Shown: one piece after another, positions 26,801-39,232 of the stretch
Layout of the letters: each line of letters starts with the position of its first letter
Numbering within the stretch: position 1 is the stretch's first letter
Origin: Phoronis australis
Lineage: Eukaryota; Animalia; Phoronida
NCBI GenBank assembly: GCA_002633005.1
Contig: NMRA01000254.1
Coordinates: forward strand, 494,533-558,532
DNA: 64,000 nucleotides
Direction: 5' to 3'
The notes under the pieces: generated by a model
What the model was told of the DNA's origin: nothing
Database searches by the model: none
What the model saw: only the letters and a program-made list of their open reading frames with translations
Made by a program: the position numbers and the translations under genes

Positions 26801-28099
26801 TGTCATAAACACAATTTTTATTGGACTTAAAACAAAAGGCCACGGAAACCTTGTGGTTTCCTGACGAAATACTGGCTTTGCTGATCTCTAAAATACTTGA
26901 ACGACAAGATACACAGAGACAAACTCCACAACTGTCCATTTCAAATGGTCGAATGGTTATCGCCCATCGGTTGTATCATTATTTTCCTTTGTTGTGTCAT
27001 TGTTGGATATAACAACACAGGTCGCATTGGTATAGAACCTTGACCGTTACCGATAAATGCTTGTCATTATCTTTATTAGAACAACGGGAACAATGAAGCA
27101 GCTAATCTATCGATCTCTATGCAACCAGGTTTCCCGTGGGTGACCCCAGAAGAGGGATCCCAAAGTATCCACCAACACCTAATTACGTTCCACAGTAACT
27201 CTTACCAGGCACACGAATCCTTTCCCTGGAACTTAAACGCCAAATTTTTGTTTCCATGAACACGTACTGTGTTGTATTGCTCATGGTACGGCTTCAGTTC
27301 CGTTTTATTAGAGGAGATTACCATCCGTTTCAATTAGTCTTTTCTACCGTTTTAATCGGTCTATATCCGCATCACCTCGTACATGTATATATACGGTTGC
27401 TGTTGTCGAGTGGAAGTACTCGATCTAAATTGATACAAAATAGATTGTTTTTGGAGGGCATTCTCCTTTAAGATTCCAATCCCCAACCCTGTAATATGTA
27501 GCTAATGTAAAAGTTCTAGACAATGCAAGTTTGTGGATTTATTCTCCTTGAAATGAAGAGTAAAGACTAAATTCTGCACCGGTTTTTCAAAAGTAATACC
27601 TTACTGGAAGATCATACACCAAAAACGAACCAATGTTTGATAAATTTATTCCTTATCCACCTCACAGACTACTCATCTAAATTAAAAACATTCCATGTGA
27701 AAAAAGTAATACACCAACCGGAGACTTGTATACTACAAAATATGTTTTCATAGTACAATACAAAGAAAACTGTACAGTTAAAAGTGCAAATGTTATGACC
27801 CTGATAAGCAAATGTCTTCTGGACTTTTCCAACACTCCAACTTCTACAGGGCAGAGTCAACCACACAAACCCCATAAAGTCAGGGAATTTCATTTAAGGT
27901 GACTGATGTAGTCTCACGGCGTAAAAGCGATTTCGCAATGTCGCTGGCAACACTGTCACAACTTGAGCTGGCTGTTTGTACGATGAACTGTACCACACCA
28001 ATATTCTTATCAACAAATAATCACCACAAAGTGAAAAAATTGGCTTTTCGGTTCCAACTGGAGAGAATTTTTGCATTGAAATAGTAACGAAAAAGTACT

Positions 28100-28377
28100 T
28101 TTGCAACATTGCTTGCGTTACAATTGCGTTGGCTACTCTTGTGTGCTCGAGCGGCAGCCATTTCATACTACTGTACGTGCTGGCAGTGGCTGCCACTATC
28201 CATTCACAAGTAGAACACGGATGGAGTTTGAGGCTATACACCGTGTCTTAACTAAGCCTAGACCTGGAGAACTACAACATAATCTTTGTCAACGATTCCA
28301 TGGCAGTGTTGATGAAAATTCAGTGGGAAATCTCCCATCCAACCGGTGTGTTTTCCGATCACGCCACCCTCATCATA
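28100..28377 (+). mobile_element. Frameshifted RNase H-like remnant of a retroelement
   Basis: TSRTRMEFEAIHRVL resembles the RNase H helix-A Glu motif and, after a frameshift, NIIFVNDSMAVLMKIQ resembles the DS motif; ends at a single N (28378). Confidence 0.4.
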
Positions 28378-28378
28378 N

Positions 28379-28785
28379 GGAAGACTACAGAATGCCTCGC
28401 CAGCTTTTGTATAGCGAGCTGAAGACTGGGAGAAGGAAGCAAGGACGCCCTTGCCTTCGCTACAAAGACACCGTCAAAGCCAACCTGAAGTGGTGCAACA
28501 TCAAACCCAAGGAACTGAAAGATGTTGCAGGAGAGAGACCAAAGTGGCGAGCCACGATTCGAAAAGCAACTGCCAGTTTTGAGGATGACCGCTGTAAGAG
28601 ACTCGAAGCTGCTTGAGAGAAACGCCACTCAGCAGCATCCACCACTGTTACCACGACGGAGTTCCAATGCCCCACCTGTGCTCGACTCTGCGCGTCAAGA
28701 CTGGGACTGCAGAGCCATCTTCTTGTACATAAACGATGAGACACACAACCTACGTCATCTTCGGACCCGAAGGACTACCAACCAG
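28379..28785 (+). mobile_element. 3' end of an RTE-clade LINE
   Basis: EDYRMPRQLLYSELKTGRRKQGRPCLRYKDTVKANLK..W; C2H2 finger FQCPTCARLCASRLGLQSHLLVH; 3' end GAAGGACTACC. Confidence 0.85.
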
Positions 28786-31700
28786 GGACCTGGTCTTTCG
28801 TACCCGGCCAGTGTCTTGATTAACGAGCGTGCAGATTACCTCGCTGGCTGATGCACCACACACAAACCCCTCTGCTTATACTCAGCTGATGTTAAGGTGC
28901 TGGCTCAACGACGCACCTTTGAGCAGATTTCGTCCCAACTGGCCGAGTTCAACATCGGGTAGCCGACTGCTCGAAGTAGTGAAAGTGTGGCTATAGTTTG
29001 TGGTCTGTTATACAGACAGAGGTCGGTGCTTAACTCAGATACATGTATGTTCAAGAAAGGTAAATCGGAAAATTGTGGTTATGCCTTTTCGGTGTGCATT
29101 CTTCTACTGTCACTGACTTTTGTTTACGTGACTGTCCTGTATTCACACAGTATGAATTACACCCGTCCGGTAAAATCGACCACGCGGCCATTAAACATTA
29201 CTGCAGAAACGAAACATTTGCAGTAGAGAGAATTAACTTGATTCGTAAAGATGTTGACAAGGCTGAAATCGTACACAGTCCGCCATTTTCTGTCTTTGTT
29301 GTAAAGCTAACCAATGACTGCCGAGGTTATACTAACCAGTGATCCCCGGGTGTGCTGCTTAGTGACACCTGAGTGTCTTCTTCTCCCTAGCGGACACGCA
29401 GGAACCAGTGTGATGACTACACTTGCACAACTTGCTAAGATATTGCGTCTAGAACGCAACTCAGGTATGTACAAGTGGCTAAGTATTCGGTTATGCCAGC
29501 CGATGTTTATGACCCTGTTCTGCGCGTTTTGTTGATTTGCGCAATATGCGGATGACGTCATCAAAAGCGGGGGAAATCCATATACTGCGCAGGCCCGTTT
29601 ATGGATTCCTAAAACGCGCAACACTTTAGGAATCGTACCGATTTACGGGTAATAGAACAGGAAATGCTTCNACTATCGTCCCATAATGTATTTCAAAAAC
29701 AATCACCAGCACAACTGGTGACTACTTTTAAGTGAATGGTGAGATGCTTTGAACGTCAACACAACATTCACTTTTTCGGCGACTAAGTTTACGATTCAAT
29801 AACACAGTGCAACATTAAGTTTATACATGTACAGTACAGCACTTTTTCGACAAGTCTGTTAACCCAATATCTACAGAATTAGAAGGTTCAGGAAAAGCAC
29901 AAGCGAGTCGCATTATAACGTGCCTGCCGTTTATAACGTTCGATCCCTCCAATATACTCATTCTACAATTCGTTTTTAACGAACACGGATACAGAACATG
30001 TAACACATGCGAGTTTGTGGATGGTGTAACCACTAAATAACTAGTGTATGTCGTGGTCGAACCGCCGTCGGTTCAGCATTGATCGTAATGTGGTGGTCTT
30101 AAAAAGTTCATGATAATTCTCGTGGAGAATAGATGGAATTTTGAACCAAAAACAATTTTAGTGTCATTTTTCGTCAAACTTCCTTCCAGATTTTCCCCAT
30201 GACTTCCGACAAAAATCGTTAGTGGTAACTCTCGAAATTAGCCTAATTTTTCGTCCGATTTTCATCTGGATTTTCGCATTACGACAAAAATGTATGTGCT
30301 TGAACACGGTCACATGTCGATCTCATTTTGAAACTGCAAAAAACGACGAAACTTTACAGTTCACACATGCACTCACGACACCCACGAGAACAGATTACTT
30401 AGAATGATGTGGCACTGCGCAAATTAGACCGTTGCGGATTCATAAATTCGTGAAATTTGTTACTTTCCCAGGAATTTTAACCCAGGTTTACTGATATTCC
30501 ACGCTAATTTCTGTGAATTTAATTTGAAATTATGAGTGTAAATTAAATTCTTAACGGATATAAAATTCAAAGTAAACGACACCGCTTTACCGCGTAGTCA
30601 TACTAAAAGTTACTTCAAACTCGCTGATCTGACCAAAGCAACCTCGGCTAAAACCTCACCGATATTTATGGAGAGAGTACGTACATGTACGGAGGTCAAC
30701 ATTTTATGAAGATTTTGAATCTTCTATTAGTTTATGTCCATCAGAATAGCGAAAAATGAAAACAGACGTGTTGTTTCTTAAGGCAAGTCTTATCTTAACG
30801 CCATCAGCTAATGTGTATTAGCGTGAAATCGCATGTTACCGGCCAAATAAAGGCATGTGGTTTACTTAGAAATTTCGATCGACCCGAAAATTATGTACTA
30901 GGCTGTCCGTCTCGTGAAATTTCATGAGATTGTGCGATTTCCGAATTTGTTCGAGAGTGTATTTTGTCCAGATTTCAACCCCTTCTGGCAGAATCTGGGT
31001 GGAAACTAATTCCCGTGCGCTGGCTCATGGTCGGCGCAGCACTGAAAAAAGTAGGGACTATAGCCTTCCAGCCACCATTCCCTTATGGTGAGTCGCCCAC
31101 GCGGCTATCACGCGTATGCCAGGAGGCCGAACACGTTTACATTCTCGTTGATGTTGTCCTAAAACAAAACGGAGTATAAGCACTGTAGCTGCTAACTGTG
31201 GCACAGGTGGGATGTTTGCATATTCAGTTATAGTGTAATTTTGGACCTTGAAATTCGGGCGGGATGAGCTCACAAGTATACGTGATATAATTTTTTAAAA
31301 TCGATAACAACTTCTTGGTCGTTAACAGATTCAGACAATTGTTTGTTTCAAATCTTCATGAAAATTCGAACCAAAAACACGTATGCCGAATCTCGAATCC
31401 AAACGGAACCTAAATTATGCTGAACCGTTGCAACTTTAGTAGAATGTATCGGCGTGGCAAACAGTTTTCAAAAAATTCAAGTCACCCGGCTGGTGAACTC
31501 GCGAACCGGATCCCCTAATCCACTGCGTTCATTATTGCGTATGTAAATGATTTCAATACAAATTCATTATCCATTCAAGTGTTTCACCTCACGAACTTGT
31601 CTCTAATTATCATTTGTATCGGTAAGTAGACTAAATGAAAGGTTCGTTTATATTATTATTCATTGTTACTTCAAATAGAGTGAAACAAGCCCACAAGCTC

Positions 31701-31937
31701 ATGTGTACTGTTTTTAAAATTGACTAAATAAATGACTAGACTTGATATATGAGTGTAATTTGTACAGTGCAGAAAACAAGTGAATAGGCAGTAAATGGTG
31801 AGTCTCACTTCCACTTCAGGGACGTATAATAGTTTGAATTTTTTACAATTCAATTCATCTTTTGTACGGAGCTCAGTACACCGATTACTTCGAAAAAAAT
31901 TCAAACAAAATTGCATCAACGGCAATGACTGGTATTG

Positions 31938-32526
31938 TATGGTGGGCTGTTGAGGGGAAAGTGTCGCCGTAAAATTACGCTCGTAATTACGAGCGTAAAT
32001 TAAATTGCAGGAGTGTCGCGGTACAATTGCGCTCGTAAATTAAATAAGGAAAGTTTCGCCGTAAAATTACGCTCGTTATTACGAACGTAAATTAAATTGC
32101 AAAAGTGTTGCAGTAAAATTGCGCCCGTAAATTCAACGGGGGAAATTTCGCCGTAAATTACGCTCGTAAAATACCTTAAGAACGTTCCAAATTTAAACCA
32201 ATTAGTGTTGACCTAACATACACGACTGTTGGTGGGCAGCTCGTTCTTGCACAATCGCTGACATTGCAGTGATTTGATCAGCCATGATTCAGCGCTCGTA
32301 TCGTAGACATGTAACCCGTCAGTAAATAAGTATTTCCAAGAGCACGCGCGGCCGTGGATTGTAAAACCCAACGTCATTGGCTATGAGTTTGAACTAAATT
32401 GCGAGAGTAATTTTACGCCTAAAGAATTAAATTACGCTCGTAATTTTACGGCGTAATTAACGGCGTAATGTACAAAATTACGCTCGTATTTTTCCGGCGA
32501 CACTTTCCCCCCAACGGCCCATCATA
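31938..32526. mobile_element. MITE with long TIRs and 6-bp TSD (IS3EU-like ends)
   Basis: TATGGTGGGCTGTTGAGGGGAAAGTGTCGCCG ... CGGCGACACTTTCCCCCCAACGGCCCATCATA; GTATTG on both sides (31932-31937, 32527-32532); many subterminal ATTACGCTCGTAA repeats. Confidence 0.8.
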
Positions 32527-32622
32527 GTATTGACACGACCTACACTTTGGTCATTAATGATTTCTAGTCTGTCGTCAAGAATTCAGCTGGCAAATTCCTT
32601 GTTGGCTAGGCAAAGACAACCT

Positions 32623-32686
32623 CTACGCACTCGTTCCAGCAGCAACATTCTTATCGGTGGGTCTGATCACGCCAGACATTGGAGTT
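32623..32686 (-). CDS. Last coding exon (cytoplasmic tail)
   Basis: ttttttcag|A ACT CCA ATG..; phase 2 matches the TM exon donor; (G)[20 protein letters not shown]. Confidence 0.75.
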
Positions 32687-35600
32687 CTGAAAAAAGGCAT
32701 ACAAATTCGTGTTACTACTTTAGAATTTTGGACAGGGAAGCTATAGTTCATGTTTTCATGGTGCTCAAAACGTTTGGCAACCCTCTCGTCTGTTATACTG
32801 TACATGTGCATCTGGACTGTTATCATGACAAAACTGCAGCATAATACACGCTGTATTGAAACGTATTTTATACAGAATGACATTAAAAAGTGATGACTAA
32901 TTCACACGATCGCTATCATCATTCACTATTTAAGCCTTGATCGTACACTAGAAATGTAAACGTAACCAAATATTTTCTGAATTAGCTGATATTCACGTAA
33001 TGATGCATTTATTTAACTGTTGTCCAAAACCAAGATTAAATTCGATGGCATTTGAGAACAATGCAAACGCTGCAGGACAATAACAGAGGACAGGGTCCCG
33101 TTCAAAGCTAAGACAAATCTCAAATTTCAGCCAATTTTAAGATAACAATTAAATGTGCCTCTGGTATATGTACGTTTCAAGGAAGAGGTCATAACTTTGA
33201 CTTGAATTTTAACTTAAGTTTTATTTTAAGTTTGACTAACTTACCGGATGTGAAAATTTCAAAGTTTCGACTTGAGACAGGTTTTAGACTTGAGTAAAAA
33301 TAACCTTAAGTCAGTTCCTTGGAACGGGCCTCTGAATTATTGTGGTTGGACCAGAATCAAAATCCTTACCCGGAAATCAGTCCTTTTTTCACGAGTACGA
33401 CACCAATAGCAGTTGTCGCGACTGCTGCGCCAATAATTCCAGCCGTAACGGCCACGGCAATAACCCAGGCCTCTGTAGCACTGCCCTGTCGTGCTCCTGG
33501 AATAGATCTGCTACCTACAAAATGTTAAGTTACACTTTCAATTCAATACGTCAATCTTAAGTAAAAGCTCAAATTCTTTTTGAGAGAAGGGCCTAACCGC
33601 CTACTCGGTGCAAGGAAACTTGAAAAAAGTTGTTGGACATCTCTGGTGTTGACCAGACCCCCATTTCACGGTACCGTTTCCTGCTAGTTTCGCGAGATTA
33701 CGTGTATGCAAATGTTCTCGGGATATCGCCATGCATTGTATGTGAAAATGAATCATGTGATTTCCCGTCTATATACTTATTTGATATGGCAAGACATAGG
33801 TGTAGCATATTTCCCTTGTATAGAAAATATGGCACTTAACATTTGATGTAAACAAAACAATGGCGATTTTAAGCAGTAGCCAGTCCAATTAAGGAGCAAT
33901 TCATGAAGTCCTAACTTTTTAAAATTAATCATAACGTTATCGCAGTATTCAAATACATTCTAAAATTCACTTGGGAATTTTTTTTGTAAAATTTCTTGCT
34001 TCACTGGCTTGCCTCATATTGTACTATCGACATCAGATTCGAGGTACGATCACACGTGATAATCTGCCTTTTATATCCATCTTGTCAGTCAGCTGTTTGT
34101 CGAATGACTGTGCGAGCATTTATCATAAGTGTGAGGGAGATTAGAAACTCTGTGGTGACTACAGAGTTTTTCCTTTGCACGTGTTTAAAAAATCATGAAC
34201 TTTGTGATTTTTATGGAAATTCCTTCACAGATAAATTGAATAACTGTGTAGTACTCACTACGAGATGGTAATTTCGTCAAGAATCGTTTAAAAGATTTTG
34301 ACGAGCTTTCGCGTTCCATGCCCCTCTAATAATAAAGCAGTAGATTCAGTTGACATGTTCCGATCCATGTAATATTCCCAGTATCGAAAACTTAAGATTT
34401 TGAAAATGGAGCCATGCATTCCTGTGTTCCCAAAATAGGTGATCGTATAAAATAGCGCTACTGCTCCCAACAAGTTTTTTTCAACACGCCCTCTTTAACA
34501 AGAAGATAGTTATCGAATTCCTTAACCACCGATTCTCTGTTCAGCATTCTGTGCCCGCTACTTTCTCCTTTTTTGCTTTTATTGGTGTTAGCGCAACTAG
34601 TCTAGGCTACAATGAAATGGATTTCAAAACTAAATCCCGCCAGGAGCCCCAGCCGGGTCACCCATGCGTGCGAACGGCACGTACATATATAAGGGTGGGC
34701 TCATACTCGAGTACAAGTTGAGTCGTTTGTAAAACCACCACGCTGGAAAAAACATTGGATAATCAGTACAGTTGTGTTAAACGGCCGCATTGGTACTCAG
34801 TCGGTAACTCAACAGCAGTGAATTATATTCAGTCGAAATAAGCACCTTTAAATTGAACTGAATCAGTGCGAATGTGTTCTTTTTTGGTTTCGCAGAAAAT
34901 AAAAAAATGTCGATTCCTTTTCTTCACGTGTGTTTTATTAGCGGTCAAAGTACCTGTGGTCTCAACAAACTTGGCACATCACATTCGCGATATGCCACAA
35001 ATACCACTGTAGACGGGTGGGAGGAGCATTTTCTCACCAGGCCCCACCTGTTGAGAGCTACACACAATGCCACTGGTGCTAACGTTAAGTAGGTCTTCAG
35101 CAACTGCATGACTGTTAGACAGCTGGGAAGCGTGCAGTAACCACACGACACTCGCAAAACAGTCACATACGGCGAGAAATCGTGACTTATGAAACGGAGA
35201 CCTTTAATTCCTCCCTATAACTCATCGTTCCGATCACTTCAGTCGGGATGGATCAAGTCCATTTTGCTAGTCTTTGCCACTATAATTTTGAGCTTACTTG
35301 CAAAACAAGTACTTTCCACTGAATACATCCTTTGAATCAAGTTGTTAAGTTTCACTACAGCTGCTTATAGAAAATTGCAAGTTTCTCGTTTCCAGTGGCT
35401 AATCGAGAATTCCGCTTCGAAAAGTTGGAAACGTGTGAGACCCGGCGGGCGCTTATAACTTTTCTACTTGCTTCCATCAGTTTATAACATCTATTAAAAC
35501 CCGTCTAGCGACACAATACGACTAATTAGTTGTCGAACTTGTTCCTGCATTGAGTGATTAACTTAGTTCTTATTCTTATCAAGAAAAATGAGATAGCTGT

Positions 35601-38600
35601 AAGATAAAAGATGTATGCAGGTAAGTTTCCTCTAAGTTCTCCCGGGCCTTGGCCTGAGATGCAATGTCAGATTAAGGTTTCTCGTAGCTCCAATATCATA
35701 AAAAATCGGGGCTCCGGTAATTTGAGCCGCCTTCGGTAGCCACAATCTTCGGTCACCTCGTCGTCACAATTTCGATCCCGCGATCTCAGTGATTCCCAGC
35801 CTCTCCCCAGATACCATAATTTTCACACACACACACACTGGTCGCCGAAACCTTTAAATCACTGGTCATCAAGCACGTCGCCAGAAGATTCAAAAGGTCC
35901 CTATGGGTTACTATTTTGTGCGGAGCGACAAGATTTAAATTATTCAGCTTTGAGTGAAGTGACTAAGTTTAAAAACATTTTCTTCAGTTTAGCCCCCCGG
36001 CCCGGTCGCAACCAAGCCTATCCATCCTGCGGCCCAACAAATTTCACCTATGTCGATAGCCACCAAATTTACTTCTCGCCCGTTTCCCACCAGTTTAGCC
36101 CCTCCCAGTGGTAGCAAGGTGTTCACACTCCTTAGACTTCACAGGGTTTGCAGTACATCAGTTATTCAAGAAATATTTTGTCGTCGCTTTAAACGACGTA
36201 ATGACGTACAATACTCTGGTCGTAGATTGCTAACTTTTTATCTTTGCTTAATGCTAAAAGTATACCTGAACACAGTGTTCCATTTCTTTGGTAACCACTT
36301 CGGCAGCTACATTTAAATGAGCCAATGGTGTTGAAGCAGGCTGCATTGTCATCACAGTTGTGTTTGCCAGAGGTACACTCGTTGATATCTGAAAATATTT
36401 AAATCAAATAAAAAATGCTGATGTGTCTTAAAGAATTCTTGAAAAGGATAATTTCTGACGAGCATTCATTCATATCAAAATCAATTGGAATTTCACGCTG
36501 GGTTCTATTTAAGTCTTGTATTTCTCGCCGACATAAATGATGAAAGTGTACCTGAGCAATGGGTTCCATTCCCTTGGTAACCATTTCGACAAGTGCAATT
36601 GAACAAGCCAATGTCGTTCGAGCAGACGGCATTGACGTCACAGTTGTGTTTTCCCGCGGTGCACTCGTTGATGTCTGAAAATATTTGAATCAAATATTTT
36701 GCTGACAGGTCTTTTATTCATGCCTAAAATCAAATTCCCGTCGATTTTAAGGAACAAACGATGAGTGGTTAATAAAATCCTGGTGATTTTAATCGTTTCT
36801 TCCATGAAGTATGTACATAGCATCTACAACTTGCCTAGAACACAAACGTCACACGGATACGTTTGCAATAACGCGTCAAAATATGAAGTGCCAGTAGAGT
36901 GTTGAAATGTAGATTGGGATTGGGTCAAGAATGAAATCGTTTCCAAGTATGTACAACATTTCTAGAGACCTGAAAATGAGAACGGATTGTTGATAATATA
37001 TACGACTGTCAAGGTTTCGATGGTTGATCTGTCCAATGTCACCGAGGAAATAAAATGCCCATAAAAGGGGCACAACTAATCAAGTGGAAATGTAAACAGT
37101 CTGACACTAGTAGCAGCTGTAAATATTTAAACGACCAAAAACTATCCCCAAAAGACGAGCTCAATAAGAGCCCAGGTGGCCATTCAGTGAAGCCCTGACA
37201 GGTCGACAATAACAAGACTCACTTTGACAGCCAGTTATACCTACTCTCATACCCATGTGTTGTCACCAATCATCCTATGATTACTACTGCTAATTTGACC
37301 AAAACCAATATCGTAAACATTTCAAAAATTGAAAACTAAAGTAGGATTCAAAGACAGTTTGACTTCTGTGCACTGGTGATCCATAAATAACCTGATTGTA
37401 ACTGAGAAACGTTTACAAACTCAAGTTGGAAGCCAATTGCTGTTTGAAACAAATATCATCGAACACAAAACTGGACTTCGATTTTCCAATTTTAAAAAAC
37501 AACGTAACCGGTGCGTTTAATTAAACACATCTTGGTCTTGTGTATTTGAGAAGACGCCGTGTCATTTTCAGACTACAGTACATACACCTCACAATGTATA
37601 TGGTAAAAAACAAGTAAGAAAACAAAAGTAATATATATGTACAACTGAGTTATACAAATGCTGAAACTGTACCAGAACAATGCGTCCCATTTCCTTGGTA
37701 ACCATTGATACAGCTGCAGTTGAATGAGCCAATGGTGTTGGAGCAGACTGCATTGACGTCACAATTGTGTTTGGTTGATGTACATTCGTTGATGTCCAAA
37801 AATATTTGATGAGAAATTAAAATGAAACAAGATAATTCAGTAAAAACGTAACTTGGTCGCACTTGCGCAAAAGCAGACAATTTGCCAGGAAAGCCCATAT
37901 TTGGCTCCGTTTGTCGAAAAAGGGGATATTTTTCACGTCGTGTTCATACGGGACTATTTGCACACTGCAATTAAAACACAGTTGTCAAAAGTGTAAAGTG
38001 AGAATTACTCTCACAAACTTTCAAATCATTTAAAATGACTATAATAGGAAGATGTTCTAGTCTATGCGGCATTTGACCTATTATCTGCATGCAATGCTGG
38101 TCACACTATTACCGGCGCAAAATCAGTTTTGTCTTTTTTCGATGATTTTTACTCAACTACATGTATCAAGTTTTTTAAAGACTGAAATTGTACTAGGGCA
38201 CTATGTTCTATTCCCTTGGTAATCATTTTCACTCCTGTTGCTGAGTAACCCACATGTTCTAAAGTTGGTGGAATTGACGTCAGAGGCGTAAATTGCTACG
38301 GTGCATTCACACACACATGGAAACATTTGGTCATAAAAGCTATGTTTAACAAAATTATTGCGTTAAGCACTATTATACTAGAGAGAAAGTAGAATATTGG
38401 AAAAGTAAACGCTACAAATTACCCTGCTGCTAAACGTTTAAACTGTAGACAATAGATAGCCACGTTTTTGTCAGTACTTCGTAACATGCTTTTCATCTTG
38501 CCATAGGCGTCCATTCCTTTCGTAACCAAGTCACTTTACGAACTACAATTGCATTTCAACAGAGATGCATTAAACTTTCCCATGCCAAATGACGTCGTAT

Positions 38601-39185
38601 GGAGGTGGCAAGGTGTTCAGTTCAACTTGCGGCATGCATGCCACGGGCGTAAGCGCGTGGCCTGATTATCGCCAATGAGACACTGTAACTTGTTGTTTTC
38701 CTTTGCTGCGTATTTGTTGGATATGAGAATATAGGTCGCATGAATATCGTACCAAGGACGCCAATATCTTTATTATAAGAATGAAAAACAAAGTGAACAA
38801 TGGATGCGCCAGTCCCCCGATCTCTATGCGACGAGCCCGGCTTTTGGCGACCTAGTTTCCCCGTGCGTCACTACTGAATTCTAAATGCTGAAATTATACC
38901 TAAGCAAAGCGTTCCATTCCCTCGGTGACCACTTCGACAACTACATGTAAATGAGCCAATGGTGTTCGAGCAGATCGCATTGACATCACAGTTGTCTTCT
39001 CCTGTTGTGCATTCGTCAATATCTGGAAATGTTTATCGAGATGATACGATTTGACTGAAGTGGGGGCGAGCGATAACACACTCATGAGTTACATGTAAGA
39101 TACAGAGCCTCTCAAACTAAACACAGAACAGAAAGAGAGAAACCGGAAGGAAATGTTCTCCTAGTAACTTGAAGTGTGAGGAAAN

Positions 39186-39232
<47 letters not shown>

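Noticed and set aside
28040-28110. Minus-strand FRYYFNAK resembling a Kunitz motif
   Set aside because: Kunitz Cys pattern and splice sites are absent.
31960-32500. Repeated palindromic ATTACGCTCGTAAT units resembling a CRISPR array
   Set aside because: No constant repeat with unique spacers; they are MITE subterminal repeats in a eukaryotic genome.
33319-33528. Plus-strand Ala/Thr-rich ORF
   Set aside because: Antisense shadow of the TM exon; likewise the plus-strand MNEP../MNDP.. ORFs and off-frame minus ORFs shadow EGF exons.
34954-35047. Candidate minus-strand exon (caacag|..|gtactt) between the last EGF and the TM exon, including a TGA-TGT that could suggest selenocysteine
   Set aside because: 94 nt, not frame-preserving; the phase-1 reading stops at once; no SECIS evident; EGF joins TM in frame without it.
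38942-38949. TACATGTA inside an EGF exon as a transposon footprint
   Set aside because: The exon is still 123 nt; this is a point variant of TTTAAATGTAGT, not an insertion.
39185-39231. 46-nt poly-G run (possible G-quadruplex)
   Set aside because: Begins at an N, so its length is probably a sequencing or assembly artefact.
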